Assembly: GCA_026387175.1 (NCBI GenBank)
Contig: JAPLME010000008.1
Span: forward strand, 13,091-77,090
DNA: 64,000 nt
From: Candidatus Omnitrophota bacterium
GTDB lineage: Bacteria > Omnitrophota > Gorgyraeia > 2-01-FULL-45-10
Direction: 5' to 3'
Of this stretch, positions 18,555-28,691 are shown in pieces. How positions within the stretch are numbered: the stretch's first letter is position 1; every line of letters starts with the position of its first letter. A model generated the notes under the pieces. That model had not been told where the DNA came from. It searched no databases and saw only the letters and a list, made by a program, of their open reading frames with translations. The position numbers and the translations under genes were made by a program.

Positions 18555-19111
18555 CATTTGAACTCCTCTAAATGTTTCTTCAATTTACCCTTAGCCCTTT
18601 TTATATAATTGGAAACAGTCCCTTTTGGCAGGTTTAATATATCGGCTATCTCTTCGTATTTTTTATCATGCAGGAGATTCAATTTTATAATGAGCCTTTC
18701 CTTGGGAGGCAGTCTCTCCATAGCTTCGTCTATTTTTTCAGAAAGCTCATCCTTGCCCAGCTCTTCAGGGGGAGTCGGACCGGAAGAGGGGATAAGCTCT
18801 ATGAGCTCAGTTTCTCCTATCTTATCAGACAGAGAGACCATCTTTTCAGGTTCTATGCGCCGCCTATTACGCATATATTGCATCGCGGCATTGCCCGATA
18901 CTATGGCAATCCAGTAAGGGATACTGTCAGGGTTCCTGACATTATTGAGTTTCTTACCTGCGCATATCGAGGCAAGGATGTCCTGCTGGATATCCAGTAT
19001 TTCTTCATGACCCAGCGTAATGCCGCATCCTCTCAGCCGTTTTTCAATAGCCGTATATACGAGTTTTACGTATTTTTTAACGAATTGGCTGGTAAAAGGG
19101 TCTTTGTCCAT
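18554..19111 (-). CDS. ECF RNA polymerase sigma factor
   Basis: 185 aa. Region 2 (DIQQD..., WIAIVSGNAAMQYMR) and region 4 (LPPKER...YEEIADILNLPKGTVSNYIKRAK). Confidence 0.9.
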   Translation of the reverse strand: MDKDPFTSQFVKKYVKLVYTAIEKRLRGCGITLGHEEILDIQQDILASICAGKKLNNVRNPDSIPYWIAIVSGNAAMQYMRNRRRIEPEKMVSLSDKIGETELIELIPSSGPTPPEELGKDELSEKIDEAMERLPPKERLIIKLNLLHDKKYEEIADILNLPKGTVSNYIKRAKGKLKKHLEEFK

Positions 19112-19117
19112 GATGGC

Positions 19118-19147
19118 ACTTTAGCATAAAATATGCTAAAAAGTCAA
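19118..19147 (-). promoter_or_regulatory. Promoter of ECF sigma gene containing a 9-bp inverted repeat
   Basis: Minus strand TTGACT-N18-TAAAGT with extended TG, 6 nt before the ATG. TTTAGCATA-AAA-TATGCTAAA (19120-19140) lies across the spacer and -10. Confidence 0.6.
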
Positions 19148-19199
19148 ATAAATTTAATCTTTTATCAATTTAACATAATCGGCTAAATTACCCCATCAT

Positions 19200-19227
19200 T
19201 TGACTTATTCCGTTTATATAGTATAAT
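19200..19227 (+). promoter_or_regulatory. sigma70-type promoter for the sensor/lysS operon
   Basis: TTGACT-N16-TATAAT. Confidence 0.6.
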
Positions 19228-19274
19228 TACTGTAATATTGGCGGATTGTCTAAAAACGCAAGAGGAGCCACACA

Positions 19275-22200
19275 TTGGCGGATACCGATAATAAAGATTC
19301 AGGGCCTTTAAACGAATATCTGGTAGATGGCAAATATTCGATAAAGGACCTTGTCGACATTAAAGGGCTGCGCCCTATATTCGAAATGCTGTCTGAATTG
19401 ACCGGAGTCGCGATAGGGCTTAACTCATATCCGGATGAGGAGATCCTGGTAGCTACGGCATGGTCGGATATCTGCACAAAATTCCATAGAGCCAACCCCG
19501 AATCGGCCAAGGCCTGCCTTAAGAGCAATTTGGCTTTGAGCGGTAAACTGAAAAAAGCCGGCGACATTAACATCGAGTATTGCGATAACGGGTTGGTGGA
19601 CGGCGGGACGCCTATAATAGTTAAAGACAAGCATATCGCGACGCTTTTCGCGGGGCAGGTCTTTTTTCATAAGCCCGATATTGAAAAATTCAAAGAGCAG
19701 GCCCGAGTTTTCGGATACGATACTGAGAGATACCTGGAAGCCGTTAATAAAGTAAGTGTTATTACGAGCGAGAGATTCAAGTCAGTCCTTTCATTGCTTG
19801 GCAGGATAGCCTCATTAATCGCGGAGTTGGGCTATAACAACCTGGAAGTCAAGAACAGAAATCTGGGGCTTCGGGATGATGTGCTCTACCGCGAGAAGGC
19901 CGAAGCCAGGATAATACATCTTAACTCCATCCTTAGAGCAATCAGCAGCGTATCCCAGCTTATGATAAAAGAAAAGGACAGGAGCGCACTTCTCGCAAAA
20001 ACTTGCCGTATATTGGTCGATAGCAGGAATTACCGTCTGGCATGGATAGGGTTGATCGAAAATGGGACGTTTGAGATAAAGCCTGCTGCTTGCGCGGGCT
20101 TTGATGATGGATATCTTGAAAGTATTCATGTCACCTGGGATGATTCACCGAACGGCCAGGGTCCTACAGGTATAACCGTAAAGACAAGAAAACCGTCTAT
20201 AGCAAACGATATTGCCACCGATCCAAGTTTCGCGAACTGGCGGGGTGAGGCGATAAGACGCGGTTATCGTGCTATGGTCTCAGTGCCCGTAGTCATGGAG
20301 GAGCGTATTTACGGTGTCATAAATGTATATTCCGATCACCCTAATGCCTTTGACGAACAGGAGGTCAGCCTGCTTGCCGAATTGGCCGGAGATCTGGGAT
20401 TTGCTTTATACACCGCGGAGATCGAATCAGAGAGGCGGGAATCTGAAAAGGCCCTGGTTGTGTCGGAGGAGAGTTATCGTTCCATATTCGATTCGGCAAA
20501 TGACGCGATCTTCATCCAAGACATAGAAACGGGCCGAATAATAGACGTCAACCAGAAGGCCTGCCAGATGTATTTGTACAGTGAGAATGAGATGCTGCAC
20601 CGCAGCATAGGAGACTTGAGCCTTGGCGAGAGCCCGTATACACAGGAAGACATGATCAATGTAATAAATAAGACTTCCAGCGGAGAGCCGCAGCTGTTTG
20701 AATGGGTCGCGAAAGACAGGGCCGAGAGGCTCTTCTGGGTGGAGATCAATCTGAAACGGGCCGTAATAAACGGAAAATACCAGATACTGGCGATTGTGCG
20801 CGATATCACCGATCGTAAAAATACGGAAGAGAGATGGGAGAAGATACACGAGACATTCCTGAGCTTCGGGCCCGACCCTTCTGAAAACATTAACAAGCTT
20901 ACCGCCTTGTGCGGAGAGATCATGGGCGCCGACTGTGCCATGTATAACAGGCTCGAGGGCGAAACATTGCATTCATGCGGACAATGGAACGTGCCGCCCG
21001 GGTTTCAGGAGATGGATATGGCTCAGGGCCATATCTGTTACGATGTTATTAAGAAAGGCTCCGATGATATAACCGTTATAAGCAATCTTCAGGAGAGCGG
21101 GTATGCCGAGACCGATCCCAACGTTAGAAGCTACAATCTCCATACATATGTCGGGCAGGCCGTAAAAGTCGGCGGCGAATATATCGGCACATTATGCGTG
21201 GTATACCAGCAGGATATCGAGCCTTCGGATGAAGACAAAGAGATAATGGGCTTCATCGCGCACGCCATAAGCGTCGAAGAGGAGCGCAAGAGCTCGGAAG
21301 AGATAAACCAGATGGCGCAGTTCGCGATCGAGCGTTCCGGCAGCTCTGTATTCTGGATAGGTCCGGATGCCCGGATCCTGCATGTCAATGATATGGCGTG
21401 CACATCCTTAGGATATTCACGCGAAGAGTTATTGGCCATGACCGTATCCGATATAGATCCGAGTTATTCCGGAGATGTCTGGCCGCGGCATTGGAAAGAG
21501 ATCAAAGATCGCGGTTCCTTCCTTATTGAGACGCAGCATCGCCGGAAAGATGGCACTACATTTCTGGTGGAGGTCTCTGTCAATTATCTTGAGTTCCAGG
21601 GCAACGAATATAATTTCGCGTCCGCCCGGGATATAACAGAACGAAAGGCCCAGGAGGAAGAGCTGGTCAGGCGCGACTATCAGCTCGAGATCCTTTCGCG
21701 CACCAGCCAGCATATTAACGCGATCCTGGAAGTGCCGACGATATTGAGAACGCTGATAGCCGCGGCTATAGAGCTTGTCGATGCCACCGCCGGAACGGCG
21801 GGAGTGGTGGTGGGCGATAATGTGGTATTCAAAGAATACCACAAGGATGGCAAAATTTATTCTGTCGATTATACATTTAAGCCCGGCGAGGGCCTGTGCG
21901 GATGCATAACAAAGTCGTTGAGGACGTATATCTCCAATGACGTTGAACATGATCCCAGCGTGCTTCCTGAATTTAAGGAGATGCTCGGGCTGCATAACCT
22001 GATCAGCATACCGATATTGAACAGGGAAGGAAAACTGCTCGGATGCCTGGAGCTATATAACAAGAAGGATGCCAGGCAGTTCGATGCCCAGGATGTCTTT
22101 ATGCTTCAAGGCATGGCGGCTGGAGCGGCCGTAGCGCTCGAGAACGCCAATATGCTCGTGCAGCGTAATAAGAGCCAGGAAGAGCTCGCGTGGCAAAAGA

Positions 22201-23846
22201 TGTTTTATGAGAATCTTCTGAACGAAGCGAATATATGGATAGAGGTTGTGGATAAGGAAGGGAAGACCCTGCTGTGGAATAAAAAAGCTGAGGAGATCAC
22301 CGGTTTTAAAAGAGAAGAGATCATAGGTAATCTGAAAAAATGGGAGCTGGAATATCCGGATCCGAAGCAGAGGGGCAGGCTTATTAATTTTGTAAAAAAG
22401 TTAATACCCTCAGGTAAAAATATAAAAGATCTCGAGACCGAGATAGCGACGTTGGTGAACGGTACGAAGACGATGTCATGGTCTTCCACGATAATCTGCG
22501 ACAGCTATGGCAAGATAATAGGCAGCATGTTTCTCGGTAACGATGTTACGGAACGCAAGGCTATCGAGAAGGAAAGGGAATCCCTCAATAAAGAGCTTAC
22601 CAAGACTAACAAGAGATTGAGCCAGCTTGCCCTGAAAGACTTCGAGACAGGACTGCATAATCACCACTATCTGATGGAAGCGATAGAGCCGGAACTCTAT
22701 CGGGCCAAGCGTTACGTCCATCCGCTATCGGTGGTAATGATAGATATCGATTATTTCAGGTCCATCAACGACCTTTATGGCCACGAATTCGGCGACATGG
22801 TATTGAAGCAGTTTGCGACTCAGCTGAAAAAGATGGTGCGCCGCTATGACATAGTGGTGCGTTTCGGGGGAGAAGAGTTTATAATACTCTCTTCCGGCGC
22901 GGACAGGACAAGGGCCATTGCCCTCGCGCACAGGCTCATGGAAGCGTTATCCATCTACAATTTCGGCGACGACAAACATTCCGTGAAGATCAGGATGAGT
23001 ATGGCGGTGGCATCATATCCGGATGACCCGATCGAGAACGGGATGGATCTCGTGCATCTTGCCGAGAAGCTGCTGGACAAGGCGAAGGAGGCCGGCGGGA
23101 ACAAAGTATTTTCTTCGATAGACACTAAGAACGGCAAAAAACACGTACCTGTCGAAAGCGAGCCGACCGATATCCAGTATCTCAAAAAGAAGATATCGAG
23201 CCTTACGAAACGCGGAAGGCAGAGCCTGATGGAGTCTATCTTCGCTTTTGCCAAGACTATCGAGATGAGGGACCATTATACGGGCGAGCACGCTGATTCC
23301 ACCGTCCACTACGCGACCCAGATAGCGAGGGCATTGAAGCTCGAACAGGAAGAGATAGACCATGTGAGGCAGGCTGCAATATTGCATGACCTGGGCAAGG
23401 TTGGCATAAGCGACAAGATCCTGCTGAAGAGATCCAAGCTCACCAAAAAAGAATTTGATGAGATTAAAAAACATCCGCAGATCGCGGCTGATATAATAAG
23501 GCCGATACAGTTTATGAAAGATATAATACCGCTCATTCTTTATCATCATGAAAAATGGAACGGTACCGGTTACCCTATGGGTATAAAGGGCCAGTCGATC
23601 CCCGTGGGCGCAAGAATAATATCGATAGCGGACGTTTACCAGGCGTTGACTTCGGACAGGCCTTATAGAAAAGCTTTCTCGAAGAAAGAGGCGATGAAGA
23701 TATTAAAAGAGAACGTGGGGATACAATTCGATCCGAAGATAGTCAGGATATTTCTCAATATATTAAAAGGGGAAAAAGACAGGCGTCGTCCTGCGGTACC
23801 CGCAGGCAATGAACATGAGCATGAGAGGGCAAAGGGAAAGGTATGA
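19275..23846 (+). CDS. Multi-sensor c-di-GMP enzyme: PocR-GAF-PAS-GAF-PAS-GAF-PAS-GGDEF-HD-GYP
   Basis: PocR (ICTKFHR..C..C..G...PI...GQ), alternating GAF/PAS segments, RRYD..RFGGEEF, HDLGK...HHEKWNGTGYP. TTG start after GAGGAG. Confidence 0.9.
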   Translation: MADTDNKDSGPLNEYLVDGKYSIKDLVDIKGLRPIFEMLSELTGVAIGLNSYPDEEILVATAWSDICTKFHRANPESAKACLKSNLALSGKLKKAGDINIEYCDNGLVDGGTPIIVKDKHIATLFAGQVFFHKPDIEKFKEQARVFGYDTERYLEAVNKVSVITSERFKSVLSLLGRIASLIAELGYNNLEVKNRNLGLRDDVLYREKAEARIIHLNSILRAISSVSQLMIKEKDRSALLAKTCRILVDSRNYRLAWIGLIENGTFEIKPAACAGFDDGYLESIHVTWDDSPNGQGPTGITVKTRKPSIANDIATDPSFANWRGEAIRRGYRAMVSVPVVMEERIYGVINVYSDHPNAFDEQEVSLLAELAGDLGFALYTAEIESERRESEKALVVSEESYRSIFDSANDAIFIQDIETGRIIDVNQKACQMYLYSENEMLHRSIGDLSLGESPYTQEDMINVINKTSSGEPQLFEWVAKDRAERLFWVEINLKRAVINGKYQILAIVRDITDRKNTEERWEKIHETFLSFGPDPSENINKLTALCGEIMGADCAMYNRLEGETLHSCGQWNVPPGFQEMDMAQGHICYDVIKKGSDDITVISNLQESGYAETDPNVRSYNLHTYVGQAVKVGGEYIGTLCVVYQQDIEPSDEDKEIMGFIAHAISVEEERKSSEEINQMAQFAIERSGSSVFWIGPDARILHVNDMACTSLGYSREELLAMTVSDIDPSYSGDVWPRHWKEIKDRGSFLIETQHRRKDGTTFLVEVSVNYLEFQGNEYNFASARDITERKAQEEELVRRDYQLEILSRTSQHINAILEVPTILRTLIAAAIELVDATAGTAGVVVGDNVVFKEYHKDGKIYSVDYTFKPGEGLCGCITKSLRTYISNDVEHDPSVLPEFKEMLGLHNLISIPILNREGKLLGCLELYNKKDARQFDAQDVFMLQGMAAGAAVALENANMLVQRNKSQEELAWQKMFYENLLNEANIWIEVVDKEGKTLLWNKKAEEITGFKREEIIGNLKKWELEYPDPKQRGRLINFVKKLIPSGKNIKDLETEIATLVNGTKTMSWSSTIICDSYGKIIGSMFLGNDVTERKAIEKERESLNKELTKTNKRLSQLALKDFETGLHNHHYLMEAIEPELYRAKRYVHPLSVVMIDIDYFRSINDLYGHEFGDMVLKQFATQLKKMVRRYDIVVRFGGEEFIILSSGADRTRAIALAHRLMEALSIYNFGDDKHSVKIRMSMAVASYPDDPIENGMDLVHLAEKLLDKAKEAGGNKVFSSIDTKNGKKHVPVESEPTDIQYLKKKISSLTKRGRQSLMESIFAFAKTIEMRDHYTGEHADSTVHYATQIARALKLEQEEIDHVRQAAILHDLGKVGISDKILLKRSKLTKKEFDEIKKHPQIAADIIRPIQFMKDIIPLILYHHEKWNGTGYPMGIKGQSIPVGARIISIADVYQALTSDRPYRKAFSKKEAMKILKENVGIQFDPKIVRIFLNILKGEKDRRRPAVPAGNEHEHERAKGKV

Positions 23847-25306
23847 TAGGGGATATAGAAGAGAATGAATTGGTAAGGCAGAGGAAAGAGAAACTTAAGG
23901 CAATTACGGATTCCGGCGTTTACGCATACGGCGGAAAATTCCAGACAACTGCGAATATCGGGGGTTTGAGGGCTGACTTTGTCGAAGGCAAGACCATTGT
24001 CGCGGCCGGCCGTGTAATGGCGGTCAGGCTGCACGGCAAGAGCATGTTCTATGATCTGAAAGACTCCTCAGGCAAAATACAGGCGTATATAAAAGAAGAC
24101 ACCATCGGAGCCGATAACTTCGCCTCAATAAAGAACAATATCGATATAGGCGATTTCGTAGGAGTGTCCGGCGAGACCTTTAAGACGCGCACCGGAGAGC
24201 CTACGATCGTTGTAAAAGAGTTCAGGATACTATCGAAATCCTTGAGGCCGCTTCCGGAGAAGTGGCACGGCCTTAAAGATGTCGAGACGCGGTATCGTCA
24301 GCGTTACGTCGATCTTATAGTCAATGATGATGTTAAAAATATATTCATCGCCCGTTCAAAGATAGTAGCGGGTATCCGCAAATTCCTGGATTCGAAGGGC
24401 TTTTTAGAGGTGGAGACGCCGATGATGCAATCGATAGCCGGCGGCGCGGCAGGCAAGCCTTTCAAGACCCATCACGAGGCGCTCGACATAGATCTCTTCT
24501 TAAGGATAGCTCCGGAGCTTTACCTGAAGAGGCTTCTCGTAGGAGGATTCGAGAAGGTTTACGAGATCAATAGGAACTTCCGCAATGAAGGCATCTCGAT
24601 AAAACATAACCCTGAATTCACAATGCTCGAAGTCTATGAAGCCTATTCCGATTGCGCGGGCATGATGAAGCTTACGGAAGATATGATCACCTCGCTTGCC
24701 CGTGATGTGCTGGGCAAGACGGAGCTTGAATATGGCGGCAAGGTCATCGATCTCTCGAAGTGGGAGAAAGTCTCCTTTGCGGAGCTGATGAAAGCGGAGT
24801 TCGGTATAGCCCCGGAAGATCCGCCGCAAATGTGGATAAAGAAGCTCAAAGATAAAGGCATAGAGATAGAAGGAAAAGAGGTCTCGAGAACCCAGGTGAT
24901 CAATATAGTGGGTGAACTGGTTGAGCCCAAAGCGCATAACCACCCTGTCTTTGTCGTAGATATGTTTAAAGAAATGTGCCCGCTGGCTAAGACCAAGGCC
25001 GATAACCCCGCGCTCTCGGACCGTTTCGAGCTCTATATGGGCGGTATGGAGATAGCGAATGCCTATTCTGAATTGAACGATCCGATCGAACAGAGGAGCA
25101 GGTTAATGGAGGACCTCGCTGCCGCCAACGATAAGCGGCGGGTCATTGACGAGGACTTTGTCACGGCCCTGGAATACGGTATGCCTCCCGCGGGAGGCCT
25201 CGGTATAGGCATAGACAGGCTGGTCATGATACTTACGAATTCCCTATCAATACGGGATGTGATACTTTTCCCGCAATTAAAACCCCTCGCTCCCGGAAAA
25301 TTTTAG
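23843..25306 (+). CDS. lysS: Lysine--tRNA ligase (class II)
   Basis: LPEKWHGL, YRQRYVDL, LRIAPELYLKRL, FRNEG, GMPPAGGLGIGIDRL. Confidence 0.97.
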   Translation: MIGDIEENELVRQRKEKLKAITDSGVYAYGGKFQTTANIGGLRADFVEGKTIVAAGRVMAVRLHGKSMFYDLKDSSGKIQAYIKEDTIGADNFASIKNNIDIGDFVGVSGETFKTRTGEPTIVVKEFRILSKSLRPLPEKWHGLKDVETRYRQRYVDLIVNDDVKNIFIARSKIVAGIRKFLDSKGFLEVETPMMQSIAGGAAGKPFKTHHEALDIDLFLRIAPELYLKRLLVGGFEKVYEINRNFRNEGISIKHNPEFTMLEVYEAYSDCAGMMKLTEDMITSLARDVLGKTELEYGGKVIDLSKWEKVSFAELMKAEFGIAPEDPPQMWIKKLKDKGIEIEGKEVSRTQVINIVGELVEPKAHNHPVFVVDMFKEMCPLAKTKADNPALSDRFELYMGGMEIANAYSELNDPIEQRSRLMEDLAAANDKRRVIDEDFVTALEYGMPPAGGLGIGIDRLVMILTNSLSIRDVILFPQLKPLAPGKF

Positions 25307-25314
25307 GAGATTTA

Positions 25315-26544
25315 ATGTCGACTCACTGGCAGCTTCTGGTAAGCCTGCGGTATCTCACTTCAAAGCATAAAGAGAAGTTCATATCCGCGATAAGCCTCAT
25401 ATCCATACTCGGAGTTGCCATCGGAGTGGCGGCGCTCATAATAGTGATAGCCGTTATGAGCGGGTTCGATGAGGACCTGAAGTCGAAGATTATAGGCACG
25501 TATGCTCACCTGGAAGTGGTATCCGACTATGGGGTCACTCCTTCAAAGGCCCTCACCGACAAGATTCTTGGTACTAGGAATGTCAGGGCCGCCGCGTATT
25601 TTTTAAATACCCAGGCGCTCATACGGCATAACGAAAGCGTCACAGGCGTTATCATTAAAGGCATAGAACCTAAGAATGAGATCCGGATAAATAAACTTGG
25701 TGACTATGTGAAGAAGGGGTCTCTCGATCTGGGCAATAGCGGCATAGTTATCGGAAGCGAGCTTGCCGATAAGCTGGGTGTTAAGCTGGGCGATTTTATA
25801 TCCCTGATAGCGCCGTCCTCGATCGATCTGAAAAAGATAGCCTTCCCGGGGACATTTAAAGTCGAGGGCAGGAACTACAGGGTCTCCGGAATATTTACAT
25901 CCGGCATGTATGATTATGATATGAACCTGGCCTATGTCAGCATTCCGGAGGCTCAAGGCCTTGCAGGCGTTGCCTCGGATATCGTTAGTGGAGTGGCCAT
26001 CAAAGTCGATAACTCCGACGACGTCGATAGTACGAGGAGGGCGCTTCAGGCGATGCTGGGGCTCCCGTATGATGTGCGGACCTGGGTAGATATGAATAAG
26101 AATCTGCTCGCGGCGCTCAAGCTCGAGAAGACGGTGATGTTCATAATACTTACGCTTATCGTCATGGTCGCCTGTTTCAATATAGCGAGCGCTCTTATTA
26201 TGACGGTCCTTGAGAAGACCAAAGATATTGGAATATTAAAGGCGATAGGCGCGACTAATTTCAATGTGATGGCTATATTCGCTCTTCAGGGCTCATTCAT
26301 AGGGGTACTCGGGACATCATTGGGGACCGGCCTTGGCATAGGAATGTGTTATTTATTGAAGAGATACAGATTTATTACCCTTCCGAAAGAGATATATTAT
26401 ATCGATAAACTTCCGGTGAAGCTTGAGCAGTGTGATATACAGCTTATTGTGCTATCGAGCATATTGATAAGCTTGATCGCCACGATATACCCTGCGTACA
26501 AAGCATCGAAGCTCCAACCTGTGGAGGCGCTTAGATATGAGTAA
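25315..26544 (+). CDS. lolE: Lipoprotein-releasing ABC transporter permease LolC/E
   Basis: GVAALIIVIAVMSGF, IGILKAIGA, YPAYKASKLQPVEALRYE. Confidence 0.88.
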   Translation: MSTHWQLLVSLRYLTSKHKEKFISAISLISILGVAIGVAALIIVIAVMSGFDEDLKSKIIGTYAHLEVVSDYGVTPSKALTDKILGTRNVRAAAYFLNTQALIRHNESVTGVIIKGIEPKNEIRINKLGDYVKKGSLDLGNSGIVIGSELADKLGVKLGDFISLIAPSSIDLKKIAFPGTFKVEGRNYRVSGIFTSGMYDYDMNLAYVSIPEAQGLAGVASDIVSGVAIKVDNSDDVDSTRRALQAMLGLPYDVRTWVDMNKNLLAALKLEKTVMFIILTLIVMVACFNIASALIMTVLEKTKDIGILKAIGATNFNVMAIFALQGSFIGVLGTSLGTGLGIGMCYLLKRYRFITLPKEIYYIDKLPVKLEQCDIQLIVLSSILISLIATIYPAYKASKLQPVEALRYE

Positions 26545-27208
26545 TATCATACTCCGGGCGCATAATGTCTCAAAGTCTTATTGTATGACCGGGACGAAGT
26601 GCGTCAGGGCTGTCGATAAGGTGAGCCTCGAGATAAAAAGGACTGAGTCTCTTTGCATTGTAGGCCCAAGCGGCGCGGGTAAGTCGACTCTTCTACAGTT
26701 ACTCGGCGGATTGGACTTTCCGACCACAGGTAATGTCACGCTCGACGGCATCGACATATATAAACTCTCGGATAAGGAGAGGGCAAAGATCAGGAATAAG
26801 CGCGTCGGCTTTGTCTTCCAATTTTACCATCTCCTGCCGGAATTCAGCGCTCTTGAAAATGTGATGCTTCCCGCCATGATAGGCGGCAAGTGCGTGAAAG
26901 AGAAAGCCCGCGGGATATTGAAGTCGGTGGGGCTGGGGGACAGGGCCTTTCACAGGCCGGGCGAGCTTTCCGGCGGCGAATCGCAGAGAGTCGCGATAGC
27001 GAGGGCCCTCATAAACGATCCCGAAGTCCTGTTATGCGATGAGCCGACAGGTAATCTAGATTCAAAGACCAGCGAATCTATCTATCAGCTGCTCTTCGAT
27101 ATAAAGTCAAAGTCCAGCGCCGCGCTCGTAATTGTCACTCACGATGAAAACCTCTCCAAACGCACAGACTCAATCATCCGTCTCAAGGATGGCCACATCG
27201 TCAGCTAG
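26537..27208 (+). CDS. lolD: Lipoprotein-releasing ABC ATPase LolD
   Basis: GPSGAGKST, FQFYHLLPEF, LSGGE, DEPTGNLD. Confidence 0.9.
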   Translation: MSNIILRAHNVSKSYCMTGTKCVRAVDKVSLEIKRTESLCIVGPSGAGKSTLLQLLGGLDFPTTGNVTLDGIDIYKLSDKERAKIRNKRVGFVFQFYHLLPEFSALENVMLPAMIGGKCVKEKARGILKSVGLGDRAFHRPGELSGGESQRVAIARALINDPEVLLCDEPTGNLDSKTSESIYQLLFDIKSKSSAALVIVTHDENLSKRTDSIIRLKDGHIVS

Positions 27209-27231
27209 CCCAGTAATTTTTGCCTTCGCCA

Positions 27232-27260
27232 TTGACTTAATATTAGACGTTATATATAAT
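27232..27260 (+). promoter_or_regulatory. sigma70-type promoter for the ilvE-mcsA-mcsB-clpC operon
   Basis: TTGACT-N17-TATAAT. Confidence 0.7.
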
Positions 27261-27293
27261 AATTAGACTATATTATATTAGGGAAATTACGCT

Positions 27294-28160
27294 ATGAAAA
27301 TATATATGAACGGTGAGCTGGTGGAAAAGGAGAAGGCCGTTATCTCGGTCTTTGACCACGGCCTATTATACGGGGATGGTGTCTTCGAGGGGATACGCAT
27401 CTATGATAATCTCATATTCAGGCTGAATGAGCATATCGACAGGCTATATCGATCCGCTGATGCCATTCAGCTTAAGATTCCTATGACGAAGACAGAGATG
27501 ATCGAGGCCGTCATCCTGACCCTTAAGGCAAATAATCTGAGTAACGGTTATGTCAGGCTCGTTGTCACCAGAGGTCCGGGAGACCTGGGGCTAGATCCGA
27601 GAAAATGCAGGAAAGCCACTATCTTTATCATTGCCGATAAGATCGCGCTTTATCCGAATGAGTTCTACCAGAAAGGCCTGTCCATAGTGACGGCCGCTAC
27701 AAGGCGTAATTTTCCGCGGTCTCTTGATCCCAGGATAAAGAGCCTGAACTATCTGAATAACATCCTGGCGAAGATCGACGCGATAAAGGCCGGCACCGAG
27801 GAAGCGATAATGCTGACGCACGACGATTATGTCGCCGAGTGCACGGGCGACAATATATTCGCTGTGCGTGGCGGCGAGCTCCTGACGCCTCCAGTGAGCG
27901 TGGGCGCTCTCGAGGGGATAACGCGTGACGCAGTGATAGGCCTGGCGCAGAAGATACATATACCGTTTTGCGAGAAGATGCTCAGGATGGATGACCTCTA
28001 TAACTCAGAGGAGGTTTTTCTTACGGGCACTGCCGCGGAGATAATCCCCGTTATTGCCATAGATGGCCGCAGGATCAACGGCGGCAAACCCGGCGATAAA
28101 ACGCTGAAGCTTATGGTGGAGTTTAAGAAACTGACTAAAACGGACGGAGTTAAATATTAA
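27294..28160 (+). CDS. ilvE: Branched-chain amino acid aminotransferase
   Basis: DHGLLYGDGVFEGIR, KSLNYLNN, ECTGDNIF, LEGITR, GTAAEI. Confidence 0.95.
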   Translation: MKIYMNGELVEKEKAVISVFDHGLLYGDGVFEGIRIYDNLIFRLNEHIDRLYRSADAIQLKIPMTKTEMIEAVILTLKANNLSNGYVRLVVTRGPGDLGLDPRKCRKATIFIIADKIALYPNEFYQKGLSIVTAATRRNFPRSLDPRIKSLNYLNNILAKIDAIKAGTEEAIMLTHDDYVAECTGDNIFAVRGGELLTPPVSVGALEGITRDAVIGLAQKIHIPFCEKMLRMDDLYNSEEVFLTGTAAEIIPVIAIDGRRINGGKPGDKTLKLMVEFKKLTKTDGVKY

Positions 28161-28175
28161 GAGAGGGGCGGCGAA

Positions 28176-28691
28176 ATGCTCTGCAATATATGCGGTAAAA
28201 ATGAGGCTACAGTACATCTTACGGAGATAGTGAACGATAAGATGACCAAGCTCCATCTGTGCGAAGCTTGCGCCAAAGAGAAGGGCGCGGAGATGGAAGA
28301 GCATTTTGGAATGAGCGATCTCCTTGCGGGCCTTGCGGACATGGGCGCGAATCTTGAGCCCGGGGTCCTCGATGATGTAAAGTGCCCTGTTTGCGGGTTC
28401 ACATATCAGGATTTTAAAAAGGTGGGAAGGCTTGGCTGCGGAGATTGTTACGAGGCATTTAAAAAACAGCTGGACCCGCTCTTAAAAAGGATACATGGCG
28501 CAAATCGCCATGTCGGAAAGGTTCCTCTCATGGTAGGAAAGAACGTAAAAGAAAAAAGAACATTGCAGGAAATGAAGGTGCAGCTTGAGAAAGCTATAAT
28601 GGCTGAAGAGTTTGAGGAGGCCGCTAAGCTCAGAGATATGATCAGGGATCTGGAGAATAAGAAAGCTGTTAAAAATGATAACGATAAATGA
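28176..28691 (+). CDS. mcsA: McsA (UVR-domain activator of McsB)
   Basis: Four CxxC motifs, IHG..HVGK and UVR motif EEFEEAAKLRD. Confidence 0.93.
   Translation: MLCNICGKNEATVHLTEIVNDKMTKLHLCEACAKEKGAEMEEHFGMSDLLAGLADMGANLEPGVLDDVKCPVCGFTYQDFKKVGRLGCGDCYEAFKKQLDPLLKRIHGANRHVGKVPLMVGKNVKEKRTLQEMKVQLEKAIMAEEFEEAAKLRDMIRDLENKKAVKNDNDK

Noticed and set aside
17778-18561. Two similar plus-strand ORFs (..YKDA..AKIVA.YFKI.CIPW.FRKGIA..) suggesting a duplicated small protein
   Set aside because: They are translations of the duplicated non-coding element, antisense to and overlapping the anti-sigma and sigma genes; no SD or protein features.
27231-27280. Possible CtsR box upstream of ilvE-mcsA (ATTAGAC repeats)
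   Set aside because: The repeats are 20 bp apart and do not match the RGTCAAA-NAN-RGTCAAA heptad spacing; no ctsR in the window.
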